From a virus (lineage: Duplodnaviria > Caudoviricetes): a DNA stretch of 64,000 bases. The notes under the pieces were generated by a model. It had not been told where the DNA came from. It did no database searches and worked only from the letters and a program-made list of their open reading frames with translations. This document shows positions 17,303 through 25,952 of this stretch, piece by piece (the stretch's first letter is position 1; each line of letters starts with the position of its first letter). The stretch is from IMG/VR virus record IMGVR_UViG_2928424016_000001, positions 20,398-84,397 of that record. One strand, given 5' to 3'. The position numbers and the translations under genes were made by a program.

Positions 17303-17694
17303 CCAAGCGGGCCGTCTTCAATCCGTCCATTCCGGTTTTCCGCGTTTCGGCTCCCGGTGTCGATGTCGACAGCGCCAGCCAAAGCCAGCTGCTGCTCGAT
17401 GAGCGGGTGTTTTCCGGTCAGCTTTATCTCTCCGGCTATGTGGCGCGCAATTCCCAGACCGCCCTGACCATCACCTTTCCCTCGCTCGGCTATGTGCCGG
17501 TGGTGGTGGTCAACAACGTGTTTTCCGATGGCCGGATTACCTATCCCACCGGCTACAAGACCCAGAATGGCGGGTCCACCTTTGTCGTGCCCGTCATCAA
17601 CTACACGGTCACGGCGTCTGCCATTACCTTCAACTTCGTTTCCGATGCCGCGATCACCGGGGCCTATTACATGATCTTCCGGAGGTCGCTCTGA
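17299..17694 (+). CDS. tail-tip associated protein 2
   Basis: coupled; FRVSAPGVDV motif. Confidence 0.6.
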   Translation: MTKRAVFNPSIPVFRVSAPGVDVDSASQSQLLLDERVFSGQLYLSGYVARNSQTALTITFPSLGYVPVVVVNNVFSDGRITYPTGYKTQNGGSTFVVPVINYTVTASAITFNFVSDAAITGAYYMIFRRSL

Positions 17695-18137
17695 TGGCGC
17701 GGGTTCGGATCGATGCCTCCGGGATCAGGATTGCCGTTGCAGGCCACAGCGTCGATGACGGCGACCAGTATCTGGCCTTTTCCAGCGGCGCGGCCTGTCT
17801 TGCAATCTATATGCGCGGCGTGGCGGCGATGAGCGGCGCGGAGACCGTGAAGATCGGCAGCGGCAACAGCGCCTTCAACTGCCGACGCCTGACGATCAGC
17901 TTCGGCAAGACCTTCTCCGCTCCGCCCATCGTGCTCTTCGGCTTCAAGATGCCGAATTACCCGCAACTGATGCTGCCGACCTACGCGATCATCTTCAGCG
18001 GCGTGGTCAGCGGCTCCACCTACTTTTCCTATCTGCCGAACTTCGTGAATGTCGGGACCAGTGCCTTCGAGTTCTGGACCGGCGTCACCAACATGGAAAG
18101 CCTCTCTTACGTCGTCCTGGAGAACACGCTGGCATGA
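17694..18137 (+). CDS. tail-tip associated protein 3
   Basis: coupled; IRIAVAGHSVD motif. Confidence 0.6.
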   Translation: MARVRIDASGIRIAVAGHSVDDGDQYLAFSSGAACLAIYMRGVAAMSGAETVKIGSGNSAFNCRRLTISFGKTFSAPPIVLFGFKMPNYPQLMLPTYAIIFSGVVSGSTYFSYLPNFVNVGTSAFEFWTGVTNMESLSYVVLENTLA

Positions 18138-18538
18138 TCGTCTGTCACACGAACGGAACCATCTTCAACGTCCTGTCCGATCCCATTCCGGAGGGCATGG
18201 CCGAGCATCTGAGCCAGCAGGGCATCAGCTTCATTGAGGTGGAGAGCACCGAAAGCGCCCAGCATGTCTGCGCCCATTACCACGTCTTTGAAGGGTGTTT
18301 GAACCCGCTTCAAGAGATGGACTTGCCCGCCGCAATCACACTGCAGCCGGGCGGCACCACGGTGTTCGACGGCCTGCCTGATCCGTGCACGGTGGCGATC
18401 GATGACGAGGCGCAGACGGTGAGCGGCGGCCATCTCGAATTCGAGGCCGCCGATGCCGGGACTTATCTGCTGGTGTTCACGGCTTCCGGCTACCGGCCCA
18501 GAACGGTGGAGGTGACGGTCGATGAAGCTGCTGCTTAA
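18134..18538 (+). CDS. hypothetical tail-associated protein
   Basis: coupled ORF, phage codon usage. Confidence 0.6.
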   Translation: MIVCHTNGTIFNVLSDPIPEGMAEHLSQQGISFIEVESTESAQHVCAHYHVFEGCLNPLQEMDLPAAITLQPGGTTVFDGLPDPCTVAIDDEAQTVSGGHLEFEAADAGTYLLVFTASGYRPRTVEVTVDEAAA

Positions 18539-18917
18539 GAAGGACCTGGCGCAGGTGAGGGCCTTGGCCATCGAAGGCATTGAAGAGGCCTTCGCCGCTC
18601 TGCTCGAAGAGGTCTATCCGTCAGCCAAGTCGAAGATCTACGCGCTGAAGGAGCGGGCAGCGACCGATCTTGTCCGGTTCGGGACCTCCTCTGTTCTCAC
18701 GCAATCGGAAGCGCAGCGCACGGGCTTAAGCGAGGCCGCAGCAGCCGCACTGATCCTGGAGCGCCATGCCGAAACGGCGGCAAGGATCGCCCGCATCGAG
18801 GCGGCGCGGCTGAGCACCAAGCGCGAGATCGAGGCGGCGACATCTGCCCCTGCCATCACCCGGCTTATCGAGGCCGCCCATTCCTTCATCCAGCAACAGC
18901 GAGGCGAGAATGTATAG
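18522..18917 (+). CDS. tail fibre assembly-like protein
   Basis: IEAARLSTKREIEAA motif typical of fibre chaperone-associated proteins. Confidence 0.5.
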   Translation: MKLLLKKDLAQVRALAIEGIEEAFAALLEEVYPSAKSKIYALKERAATDLVRFGTSSVLTQSEAQRTGLSEAAAAALILERHAETAARIARIEAARLSTKREIEAATSAPAITRLIEAAHSFIQQQRGENV

Positions 18918-19515
18918 TGTGAACAGCATGTATGAAGCCATGGTCGATGGCGTGATCGTCGAGGTCACGGCTGGACGCTCCAGTCGCTGGGCTGCGATGG
19001 CGGCCTGGTGGCTCGGCCGCCAGCAGATCCTGAGCGCCCGCGACTTCTGGTACGGCGTCGCCGCCCACATGACCAATGGGCTTTCGGCGGAAGAACAGCA
19101 GTCGATCCAGGATCAGTTGTTGAGCGACGAGAAGGCCTATCTGTCCACCGTCACCGAACTGCCGGCCATTCCGGCCTTCGTCACCAGCACGATCGACGGC
19201 TGGGTCAACGTGCCGGTGTCGGATGAGGTGCTGAAGCGTCGCTACCAGCTGGCGATCCAGGAGATGATGAACGCCAAGGCGCGCGAACGCGGCTATGACA
19301 GCATGACCACCGCCGTCACCTATTCTGGCGACAAGAATGCCACCTTCGCGGCCGAGGCTGCGGCGCTCAAAGACTGGCGCTCCGATGTCTGGGTCTATTC
19401 GCTGGCCGAGCTTGAGAAGGTGATCGCCAAGCAGCGGCCGATCCCGACCATCGCCGATTTCCTCACCGAGCTTCCGGCCTTCTCCTGGCCGACCACGCAA
19501 AGCGGCGAGGGCTGA
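18910..19515 (+). CDS. tail fibre assembly-like protein (DUF4376-like C-terminus)
   Basis: ARERGYDSM.TA.TY...F.AEA.AL..WRS.VW...ELP...WP motif. Confidence 0.7.
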   Translation: MYSVNSMYEAMVDGVIVEVTAGRSSRWAAMAAWWLGRQQILSARDFWYGVAAHMTNGLSAEEQQSIQDQLLSDEKAYLSTVTELPAIPAFVTSTIDGWVNVPVSDEVLKRRYQLAIQEMMNAKARERGYDSMTTAVTYSGDKNATFAAEAAALKDWRSDVWVYSLAELEKVIAKQRPIPTIADFLTELPAFSWPTTQSGEG

Positions 19516-19518
19516 GCC

Positions 19519-19728
19519 ATGGGCATTCTGGAAACGGCACTGCGAGAACGCAACCGGCTGCTGGAACAGCAGGCCGATCACTATGCTGGGGCAGTCGACA
19601 GCCTGTCGAACCGGCTGGCCGAGGCGCTGCGGCGGCTGGCTCCGCATGATCCGGACTATGTGCGTGCTGAAGCGCCGGACCTGGTGCCGGTCGCGAGCGA
19701 CCCGCCGGAAGACACACAGGCACCATGA
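19519..19728 (+). CDS. hypothetical protein
   Basis: 69 aa, GAGG RBS, last gene of tail operon. Confidence 0.55.
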   Translation: MGILETALRERNRLLEQQADHYAGAVDSLSNRLAEALRRLAPHDPDYVRAEAPDLVPVASDPPEDTQAP

Positions 19729-19736
19729 ACGTGCAT

Positions 19737-19866
19737 CCGGCTGATGCCTCCATAGGAAGCAGCCGGGTGGTGGGGTGCTGAAACACCCCAACGACGGGCC
19801 AAAGTTTGGCGACCTAACCCGTCCGACAGCGTCAAACGATAACCGTCGCACCCGTACCCTGCAGGG
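19737..19866 (+). promoter_or_regulatory. structured 5' leader of methyltransferase gene
   Basis: stems CCGGCTG/CAGCCGG, TGGGGTG/CACCCCA, GACGGG/CCCGTC with nested CCAAA/TTTGG. Confidence 0.55.
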
Positions 19867-19895
19867 CCGGACCTGTGTGACTGAGTCGTGAGAAC

Positions 19896-20714
19896 TTGGA
19901 AATGGCGAATCGTGAGGCCTTCCGGCCCGTTCCGAACACCCAGCCGCCGGCCGCATGGATCGGCGGCAAGCGCAGCCTTGCCCCGCGCCTGGTCAAGATG
20001 ATCGAGGCCATACCGCATCAGACCTATGCCGAACCCTTCATCGGCATGGGCGGTGTGTTTTTCCGCAGGCGATCTGCACCGAAGACCGAGGTGATCAACG
20101 ACCGCAACGGCGAGGTCGTGAACCTCTTCCGCATCCTGCAGCGGCACTATCCGCAGTTCATGGATACGCTCAAATTCCAGATCACCAGCCGCCGCGAGTT
20201 CGACCGGCTGAAGGCCTGCGATCCGTCAACGCTCACCGATCTGGAACGAGCAGCGCGCTTCATCTATCTGCAAAAGCTCGCTTTCGGCGGCAAGGTCGCA
20301 GGCCAGAATTTTGGCGTGCAGCACAATGGCAGCGCCCGGTTCAACCTGACGCGCCTCGCACCGCTGCTCGAAGACGTCCACGAGCGTCTGGCCGGTGTCA
20401 TCATTGAGAACCTCGACTGGCTGGCCTTCATCAACTGCTACGACCGGCCCGGCGTGCTGTTCTATCTCGATCCGCCTTATTTCGGTTGTGAGGATGATTA
20501 CGGCAAAGCGCTGTTCGCTCGGGATCAGTTCGAGGTTCTTGCAGCGCGTTTAAAGACGCTTCAAGGACGGTTTATCCTGTCGATAAATGATCGTCCGGAG
20601 GTTCGGGAGATCTTTGCGGGGTTTCCGGTGGCGGTGGCGGAGTTGTCGTATTCGGTGTCTGGCGGGAAGGGGACGGAGGCGCGGGAGTTGATTTATTGGA
20701 GTGAGGAGGGGTGA
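19896..20714 (+). CDS. D12-class N6-adenine DNA methyltransferase (at Mu mom position)
   Basis: WIGGK, YAEPF.G.GGVFF, EVIND, FYLDPPY motifs. Confidence 0.95.
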   Translation: MEMANREAFRPVPNTQPPAAWIGGKRSLAPRLVKMIEAIPHQTYAEPFIGMGGVFFRRRSAPKTEVINDRNGEVVNLFRILQRHYPQFMDTLKFQITSRREFDRLKACDPSTLTDLERAARFIYLQKLAFGGKVAGQNFGVQHNGSARFNLTRLAPLLEDVHERLAGVIIENLDWLAFINCYDRPGVLFYLDPPYFGCEDDYGKALFARDQFEVLAARLKTLQGRFILSINDRPEVREIFAGFPVAVAELSYSVSGGKGTEARELIYWSEEG

Positions 20715-20953
20715 AATTGGAAGCGCATGCTTGAGAACAGCTTTGCCTTTTCATATCGGACATAACGGGCATCCTCTAAGGAGCCAGAAAACGGACGTGC
20801 CTCTATGCGGTATCATGTCGGCTGTGCGCCAACACCGGACATTGTGCCTGCCGCAAAACTCCCTATTCTGCGTCGGCACAAAAGTCAGGAAAACAAGTGT
20901 CGCTTTAATCAGGATTTTTGCGACACCGAAAACAGGGAATCGCCCGTAAGACC

Positions 20954-21556
20954 ATGATCGACGCAGCCGCCTGCATCATAGACCTTTATCGTCGCCATGC
21001 TGGTGCATGGGCAACCGCGCGCGGCACGGTGTTGTTGGAGCGCGCATGGATCGAGCGATTTGCCGATATGCTGCGGCGAGGGGCGGCGGTGCTTGACATT
21101 GGATGCGGATCGGGCGAGCCGATCGCCCGTTACCTTGCCACCAGAGGTCATCCGATTACTGGCGTGGACAGCTCGCCCGAGATGATCGACCTATTTCGAG
21201 CAAATCTACCAGGCGAAACGGTGGAAGTGGCCGATATGCGCTCGCTGAAACTAGATCGGAGATATGGCGGGCTGATCACTTGGGATAGCTTCTTCCACCT
21301 TGCGCCTCACGATCAGCGCATGATGTTCCCCATCTTCCGGGACCATGCCGAACCGAAGGCTCCATTGCTATTCACAAGTGGCCCCGTCTTCGGCGAGGCC
21401 ATCGGCACGCTGGGAGGGGAACCCCTCTATCATGCCAGCCTCGACCCTGAAGAATACCGCCTGCTGCTCGACCGGAACGGCTTTGAAGTTGTGGCCCATG
21501 TTGTGCAAGACGCTGACTGCGGCGGGCGCACAGTCTGGCTTGCGCGTCAGCGGTAG
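20954..21556 (+). CDS. class I SAM-dependent methyltransferase (cargo)
   Basis: VLDIGCGSG motif I, WDSFFHL. Confidence 0.9.
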   Translation: MIDAAACIIDLYRRHAGAWATARGTVLLERAWIERFADMLRRGAAVLDIGCGSGEPIARYLATRGHPITGVDSSPEMIDLFRANLPGETVEVADMRSLKLDRRYGGLITWDSFFHLAPHDQRMMFPIFRDHAEPKAPLLFTSGPVFGEAIGTLGGEPLYHASLDPEEYRLLLDRNGFEVVAHVVQDADCGGRTVWLARQR

Positions 21557-21809
21557 CCGTAGGATTGTCACGCAATTCCTGACAATCGCGACAGATCTAC
21601 CGCGCCTAAATATGAAGAGGGAATTTCTGTCGCGCAACTCGGGTGCAAACATCAGCGTTTCGCGACCGACTTGTGCGATGGCCAATGACCGATTTGGCTT
21701 GACAAGCGTCTTCCGCTTCGCGCCATCAGCGGACGTTGCCCTGGTCCTAGATGTCGCTATCTCTGCTATAGAGAAAACTGGCAATCTTGGTATTTTTAGC
21801 GAGGGAAAA

Positions 21810-22181
21810 ATGCATCCTGAGGAAACACTCAAGCAGTATCAAGCCAATATCAATTTGCATGATTTTGAGAAGTTGGTACCGATAATCTCTTCCGATGCGA
21901 TATTCTGGTTCAATGACGGATCATTTTGTGGACTGCAACAGATACGCCAAGCTTTTGAGGCGACTTGGCAAAATTTTCCTCTTGAAAAATATTGGTTGGA
22001 GAACCTCAAATGGGCAACCTACTCTGACGATGCTGCCGCCTGCACTTATCATTTCCGCTGGAGAGCAGTGATTGAAAATAGACCGATTGAAGGCGGCGGC
22101 CGAGGCACCACTATTCTTCGGAGAGAAAAGGATATTTGGAAGATCGTTCACGAACACCTGAGCCAGTTCCCTAAAGAATGA
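21810..22181 (+). CDS. SnoaL/NTF2-like (YybH/DUF4440-type) protein (cargo, low GC)
   Basis: GRGTTILRR...WKIVHEHLS C-terminus; GAGGG RBS; ORF-track start 21345 is too early. Confidence 0.85.
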   Translation: MHPEETLKQYQANINLHDFEKLVPIISSDAIFWFNDGSFCGLQQIRQAFEATWQNFPLEKYWLENLKWATYSDDAAACTYHFRWRAVIENRPIEGGGRGTTILRREKDIWKIVHEHLSQFPKE

Positions 22182-22504
22182 CCGCTTTGGGCCGAACCCG
22201 GACAACTGCCTCTGATGCCTGAGTGTCGGTTTACGGCTTGCAACTCCCCAATATCGGACAGTCCACTTCTATCGGCCCTAAACGGTCTTTATATGGGCTT
22301 CAAATACCCTTCAAACATTCTTCAAAAGAACCGAAACTCTTTCAAAAATCGTCGGATTTGAAGCCAGCAAGGATTTTGCTCCGGTGATTCGATATCGTCG
22401 GCGTGCAGCCAAAGCAGTTCTGGAGGGGCCATTCAAAGAAAGCCGATTGCTGGGCTTCGAGCGATTGTGGAGCGATGGTGCTGTCATCAACACAGGAGAT
22501 GACA

Positions 22505-22726
22505 ATGACCGACGAAAACAAGAAAATAGCCTTCACTTCGATGATCAAGGCCATGCAACATGAAGCGATGGACTTGATAAACCGGATCGACATTGCAGCC
22601 GTCGATATGGAGGAAAAGCGCTGCAACAGCGCTGTTGGGGCTTTATGCACGGTGGATGAAAGCCTTGAGCGCATTGCCGCCCTGCTTTCCGGTGTCAGGG
22701 CCATTCACCGCATGACGCCATTCTGA
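22505..22726 (+). CDS. 73-aa hypothetical protein near prophage right end
   Basis: AGGAG RBS; helical sequence. Confidence 0.7.
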   Translation: MTDENKKIAFTSMIKAMQHEAMDLINRIDIAAVDMEEKRCNSAVGALCTVDESLERIAALLSGVRAIHRMTPF

Positions 22727-23144
22727 AACGACCGAATCGTAGAACGAAAAGGCCAAGACCGGGGCTCTTTTTTTGGATCGGGCTACTTTGATAGCCTTTT
22801 TACAAATTTCATTTTTCCGGTTCTTGGTTGTTGTCTGACAAATAGAATTGGAAAAGGCGGGATTATCCGGGAATAACCGGGATCAACTGGAAAAGGCCGA
22901 AAATACAAGACGTTGTGCGGAAGCAGGTGAAATCCTGACATCGCGGTTTTGACAGGCCGAACTGGAGAAAAACCGACCGCTCCCTAAGCGAGCGGCGAAA
23001 TCGGGCCGATCTTCAAAGACACCTTCAAAAACCCTTAGAACGGCTTTTAGACGGCTTCAAACCGTTGAAAATCAACAACAGTGCTTTTTGGCGAGGACAT
23101 CGGCGTTGGATTTTTGCAGGGCGATTTTTTGCCTGAACGTCAAT

Positions 23145-23242
23145 TTGAGGTTCCGCACTTGCGCGGAACCTCAATTTTTTTGCGAAAAATGCAATTTTAT
23201 CAGATGGATAGAAGGTTTGAGAGTGAAAAGAGGGTTCCGCAC
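23145..23242. promoter_or_regulatory. candidate transposase-binding end sites (GGTTCCGCAC)
   Basis: perfect 12-bp inverted repeat 23145-23156/23163-23174 plus direct copy 23233-23242; partial reverse copy 22915-22922. Confidence 0.5.
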
Positions 23243-23329
23243 AATTTTTATCCCGGCCGGTTAAGCCGCAAGAGCTCTTAACCATCCGCTTTTAGGATGA
23301 GCCGCCAAAGTTTTCAGATGGAGGGAATT

Positions 23330-23653
23330 GTGAAAGCGAGCAGCGGAATAGCAATCTTGGGCGCGGCACTGCTGGCGGGCTGCCAGGCGCAACTGAATGT
23401 CCTTGAAGCGCATGGAAACCTGAGGGTTGAAAAGTCAACGCTGCAGGGAAGCGACTATGCCGTTTATATCAAGAATGTCGTCGATTTCGGTCTGAACCCT
23501 GACGATCGGGAAACACGGTTCAAGATTGCGACGGACTATATGAAAGCCCAGTGCCCAGCAGGCACGGTTGTCTCCAGCGATGAAATTACAACTGGACGCT
23601 ACTTAACGGGCCGTGCTGCCAAGACATATATTGTCTATATCCGGTGTAGATAA
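23330..23653 (+). CDS. lipoprotein (possible superinfection exclusion)
   Basis: GTG start after GGAGGG; lipobox LLAGC. Confidence 0.75.
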   Translation: MKASSGIAILGAALLAGCQAQLNVLEAHGNLRVEKSTLQGSDYAVYIKNVVDFGLNPDDRETRFKIATDYMKAQCPAGTVVSSDEITTGRYLTGRAAKTYIVYIRCR

Positions 23654-23662
23654 ATGTGATGA

Positions 23663-24025
23663 ATGGGCCAGCAGAAATATCAGATCAAGGCCTGGAGACG
23701 GGCATATGGCATGAAGCAGGAGGACCTGGCTCGTCGAGCTGGGTTGTCCGTCCCCACGATCTCGGCTGCAGAGCGGGCTAGGCGTGAGCCGCATCCATCC
23801 ACGCTGCAGGCCATCGCCCGTGTATTTGGTCTGGACGATCCTGCAGCGCTCCGGCAGGAGCCGCCGCGCTCGGCGCCAGTGAGCGACACGCTCAGTGAGG
23901 ATCTTGCGCGAGCGAGCCGGGTTATCGGCGCTTTGGCTGAGATCGCGGCCAATGACTATCGGCGAATTCCATTAGTGATGCGGGATCTGCAGAGAATGCG
24001 TGAGCAGTCTCGCATACGCCGATAA
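23663..24025 (+). CDS. XRE-family HTH protein
   Basis: IKAWRRAYGMKQEDLARRAGLSVPTISAAER..P...L..IA..FG. Confidence 0.85.
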   Translation: MGQQKYQIKAWRRAYGMKQEDLARRAGLSVPTISAAERARREPHPSTLQAIARVFGLDDPAALRQEPPRSAPVSDTLSEDLARASRVIGALAEIAANDYRRIPLVMRDLQRMREQSRIRR

Positions 24026-24551
24026 GCCTGCACCGGTGGCAACCAGCAATCACCTCAGCATATCGCAGCTCGTCGCTGGATAGGGTGCCGGCAAACTCGA
24101 TGATGCTGTTGTGCAGTTCCATAAATACCCCTTTATATATGGGGTATATTAAACATCACTAATTGATTAGCTGTAACTTATGTTGGAAAAAAAACTTAAA
24201 ACATTTTAGGGCGATTTTCATGAATTGCCCTCACTTTTCACGGGATTTCGACTGAGAAATTTTAAGTGCCGAATCGCTCATAAATAGTTGTCTTCTAAAA
24301 GCTTTTGACTCGGTAGCAATTGCGCGATTTAAGACACGTAAGGCGCGCGCCCCTTTGAAAGTATTGGGTAAAAGTAAGGGGTAACATGCATAGACGTGAG
24401 TTTATGCGGCTATTGGCCATGGGGCCAATCAGCCGTCGGGTACATTCGCAATTTTCAACGACGCTGGGCGACCTGGAGCGGACGGCGAGGGCGGTTTACG
24501 GGCCGCTGTCGCTAAACATCGTCCACTGTAGGGACGAGCCTGTACCGCTGG

Positions 24552-24920
24552 TTATTTATGCAGTTCGTGATTGACGATCGACCGCATCATTCCAAGCACA
24601 AGCTGCTGCCTCGCAGGCGGCAGCTTTCTTATTTCAACTGCCAGCTCAGCCACAAGGCCAGCCTCGGCAACACCTTCGGACGAGAGCATCTCTCCCTGTC
24701 CAGTAGCCAGCCAATTTAGATTGATGTTGAGCATCTCACGATAGGCCGCGAGAACGCTGGCCGTTGGCTCCGTATCGCCACGTTCATACGATGCCATCGT
24801 GTTTTTGGCGACCCCCAATCGGGCAGCCCATTGATCTCGTTCTGGATCCCCAAAATGTCGCCGGATTTCTCGCAAACGCGCCCCGAGCGGCGTTTTCGGC
24901 GCTGCCTCTGGTCTTGCCAA
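24552..24920 (-). CDS. prophage repressor, XRE HTH without peptidase domain
   Basis: LGARLREIR...LGV..NTMASYERG..EP...NLNWLATG.GEM; divergent from ner. Confidence 0.85.
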   Translation of the reverse strand: MARPEAAPKTPLGARLREIRRHFGDPERDQWAARLGVAKNTMASYERGDTEPTASVLAAYREMLNINLNWLATGQGEMLSSEGVAEAGLVAELAVEIRKLPPARQQLVLGMMRSIVNHELHK

Positions 24921-25050
24921 ATTATCTCAAATTAAACCCTAAACTCAGTTTACAAAACCGAGATATTGGTTTAACCCTTTCTGTGTTCGCAGAATTAACC
25001 ACCCCGAAAAAGGAGGCCGTTGCAGGGCCTCCCTTCAGGAAGGATCACTT
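24921..25050. promoter_or_regulatory. divergent repressor/ner control region
   Basis: AT-rich; TTAAACC/TTAACC-like repeats, TAAAC-TCA-GTTTA dyad; GGAGGCC/GGCCTCC hairpin 25012-25032. Confidence 0.6.
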
Positions 25051-25392
25051 ATGCATAATACCGCCCAAACCGGCAAGACCAGCCGCGCGGAGCGCCTCCG
25101 GTTAGAAGAGGTTGCCCGTGTTAAATCGCTGCTTATCCGCAACAAACTGACGCTGACCCAGATCGATCAGCAGTATGATTTGCCGTCAGGCACCGCTGGC
25201 AACACTGTTCATGAACCGCATTTGGCGGGCGAGCGCGCGATCGCTGCGGCTCTGAAAACTCGTCCTCATCTCCTGTGGCGGTCCCGCTATTACCCTGATG
25301 GATCGCGCAAGAATCCCCAACCTGCCGAAAACTATCGAAACGGTCGCCGACAGACGACCGATGCGCAGCACCAATCCCAGGTCGCCGCATGA
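25051..25392 (+). CDS. ner: Ner-like DNA-binding protein
   Basis: GERAIAAAL...P..LW.SRY motif; position. Confidence 0.85.
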   Translation: MHNTAQTGKTSRAERLRLEEVARVKSLLIRNKLTLTQIDQQYDLPSGTAGNTVHEPHLAGERAIAAALKTRPHLLWRSRYYPDGSRKNPQPAENYRNGRRQTTDAQHQSQVAA

Positions 25393-25484
25393 TGTGGAGC
25401 GGAAGCGTGGCTGCTCTAGCCTGCCATTCTAGGATCAAAGGGGCCGTTGCCCCCGGCTGTCAGACATCAGCCCCGCTCCACATC
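25391..25484 (+). ncRNA. candidate four-way-junction RNA after ner
   Basis: 12-bp perfect closing stem GATGTGGAGCGG/CCGCTCCACATC enclosing three hairpins. Confidence 0.45.
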
Positions 25485-25571
25485 ACGACGATCTCGCATT
25501 TTCGAGCGTTCGCCAATGACGAAAACACTCACCCAATTTGGCATGACTGCATGGCGGCGGGCAGGGCGGCC

Positions 25572-25952
25572 ATGATCAACCTGTATGACCAGTCTGAGGT
25601 CTATAACGTGAACCTCAGGGCCTGCATTCGCGCCGTATATGAAGGCTTTCCCCATCTAGCTCTGCGCGACATCATCGATCCGCCCCACGAAATGTTTGAC
25701 GCTGCCTTGGCGCGACAGATCGTGATGCATTTGATGGTTCGCGAGTTCCACTGGCCCAAGCGCCGTGTCGTCGAGGTGGAGGGGCGGTCGCGCGAGGCCA
25801 TCAATAGAGCGCTGCGGACAATAGAGGATCGGTTGATCCTGGATCGCTTCGCCACCCACTATCAATCCATTGCCGATCGGGCGCGCGACCTGTTCTCGCT
25901 CAGCCTCACCGGCAACGATTTCCCCGAATTTGACATGGACGAGGTTGCCTGA
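25572..25952 (+). CDS. DnaA C-terminal (domain IV)-like DNA-binding protein
   Basis: A.ARQIVMHL....F......V....GRSR..I..A.R.IE resembles DnaA_C helix-turn-helix. Confidence 0.55.
   Translation: MINLYDQSEVYNVNLRACIRAVYEGFPHLALRDIIDPPHEMFDAALARQIVMHLMVREFHWPKRRVVEVEGRSREAINRALRTIEDRLILDRFATHYQSIADRARDLFSLSLTGNDFPEFDMDEVA

Larger units (their letters stand above)
20755..22264. repeat. degenerate TG(T/A)CCGCT-N~10-AGCGGAC palindromes bracketing two cargo genes
   Basis: units at 20768-20801, 20815-20842, 21683-21710, 21712-21733, 22177-22203, ~22222-22260. Confidence 0.55.
1..23270 (+). mobile_element. Mu-like transposable prophage A (left part outside window)
   Basis: Mu-type gene order F-I-T-gp36-G-tail-fibre-methyltransferase; probable right-end repeats at 23145-23242; exact terminus uncertain. 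Confidence 0.9.

Noticed and set aside
20755-22264. CRISPR array or true integron
   Set aside because: Units are degenerate and irregularly spaced around whole genes; no cas or intI gene and no canonical attC R/L boxes.
23259-23283. GGTTAAG/CTTAACC as target-site duplication or IS end
   Set aside because: It is inverted rather than direct and only 7 bp, with no IS transposase adjacent.
23922-24122. 66-aa minus-strand ORF
   Set aside because: Half overlaps the XRE gene on the opposite strand, with no motif support.
24386-24574. 62-aa ORF with Tat-like RREF motif
   Set aside because: No hydrophobic h-region after the motif and it overlaps the repressor 3' end; may be real but is unsupported.
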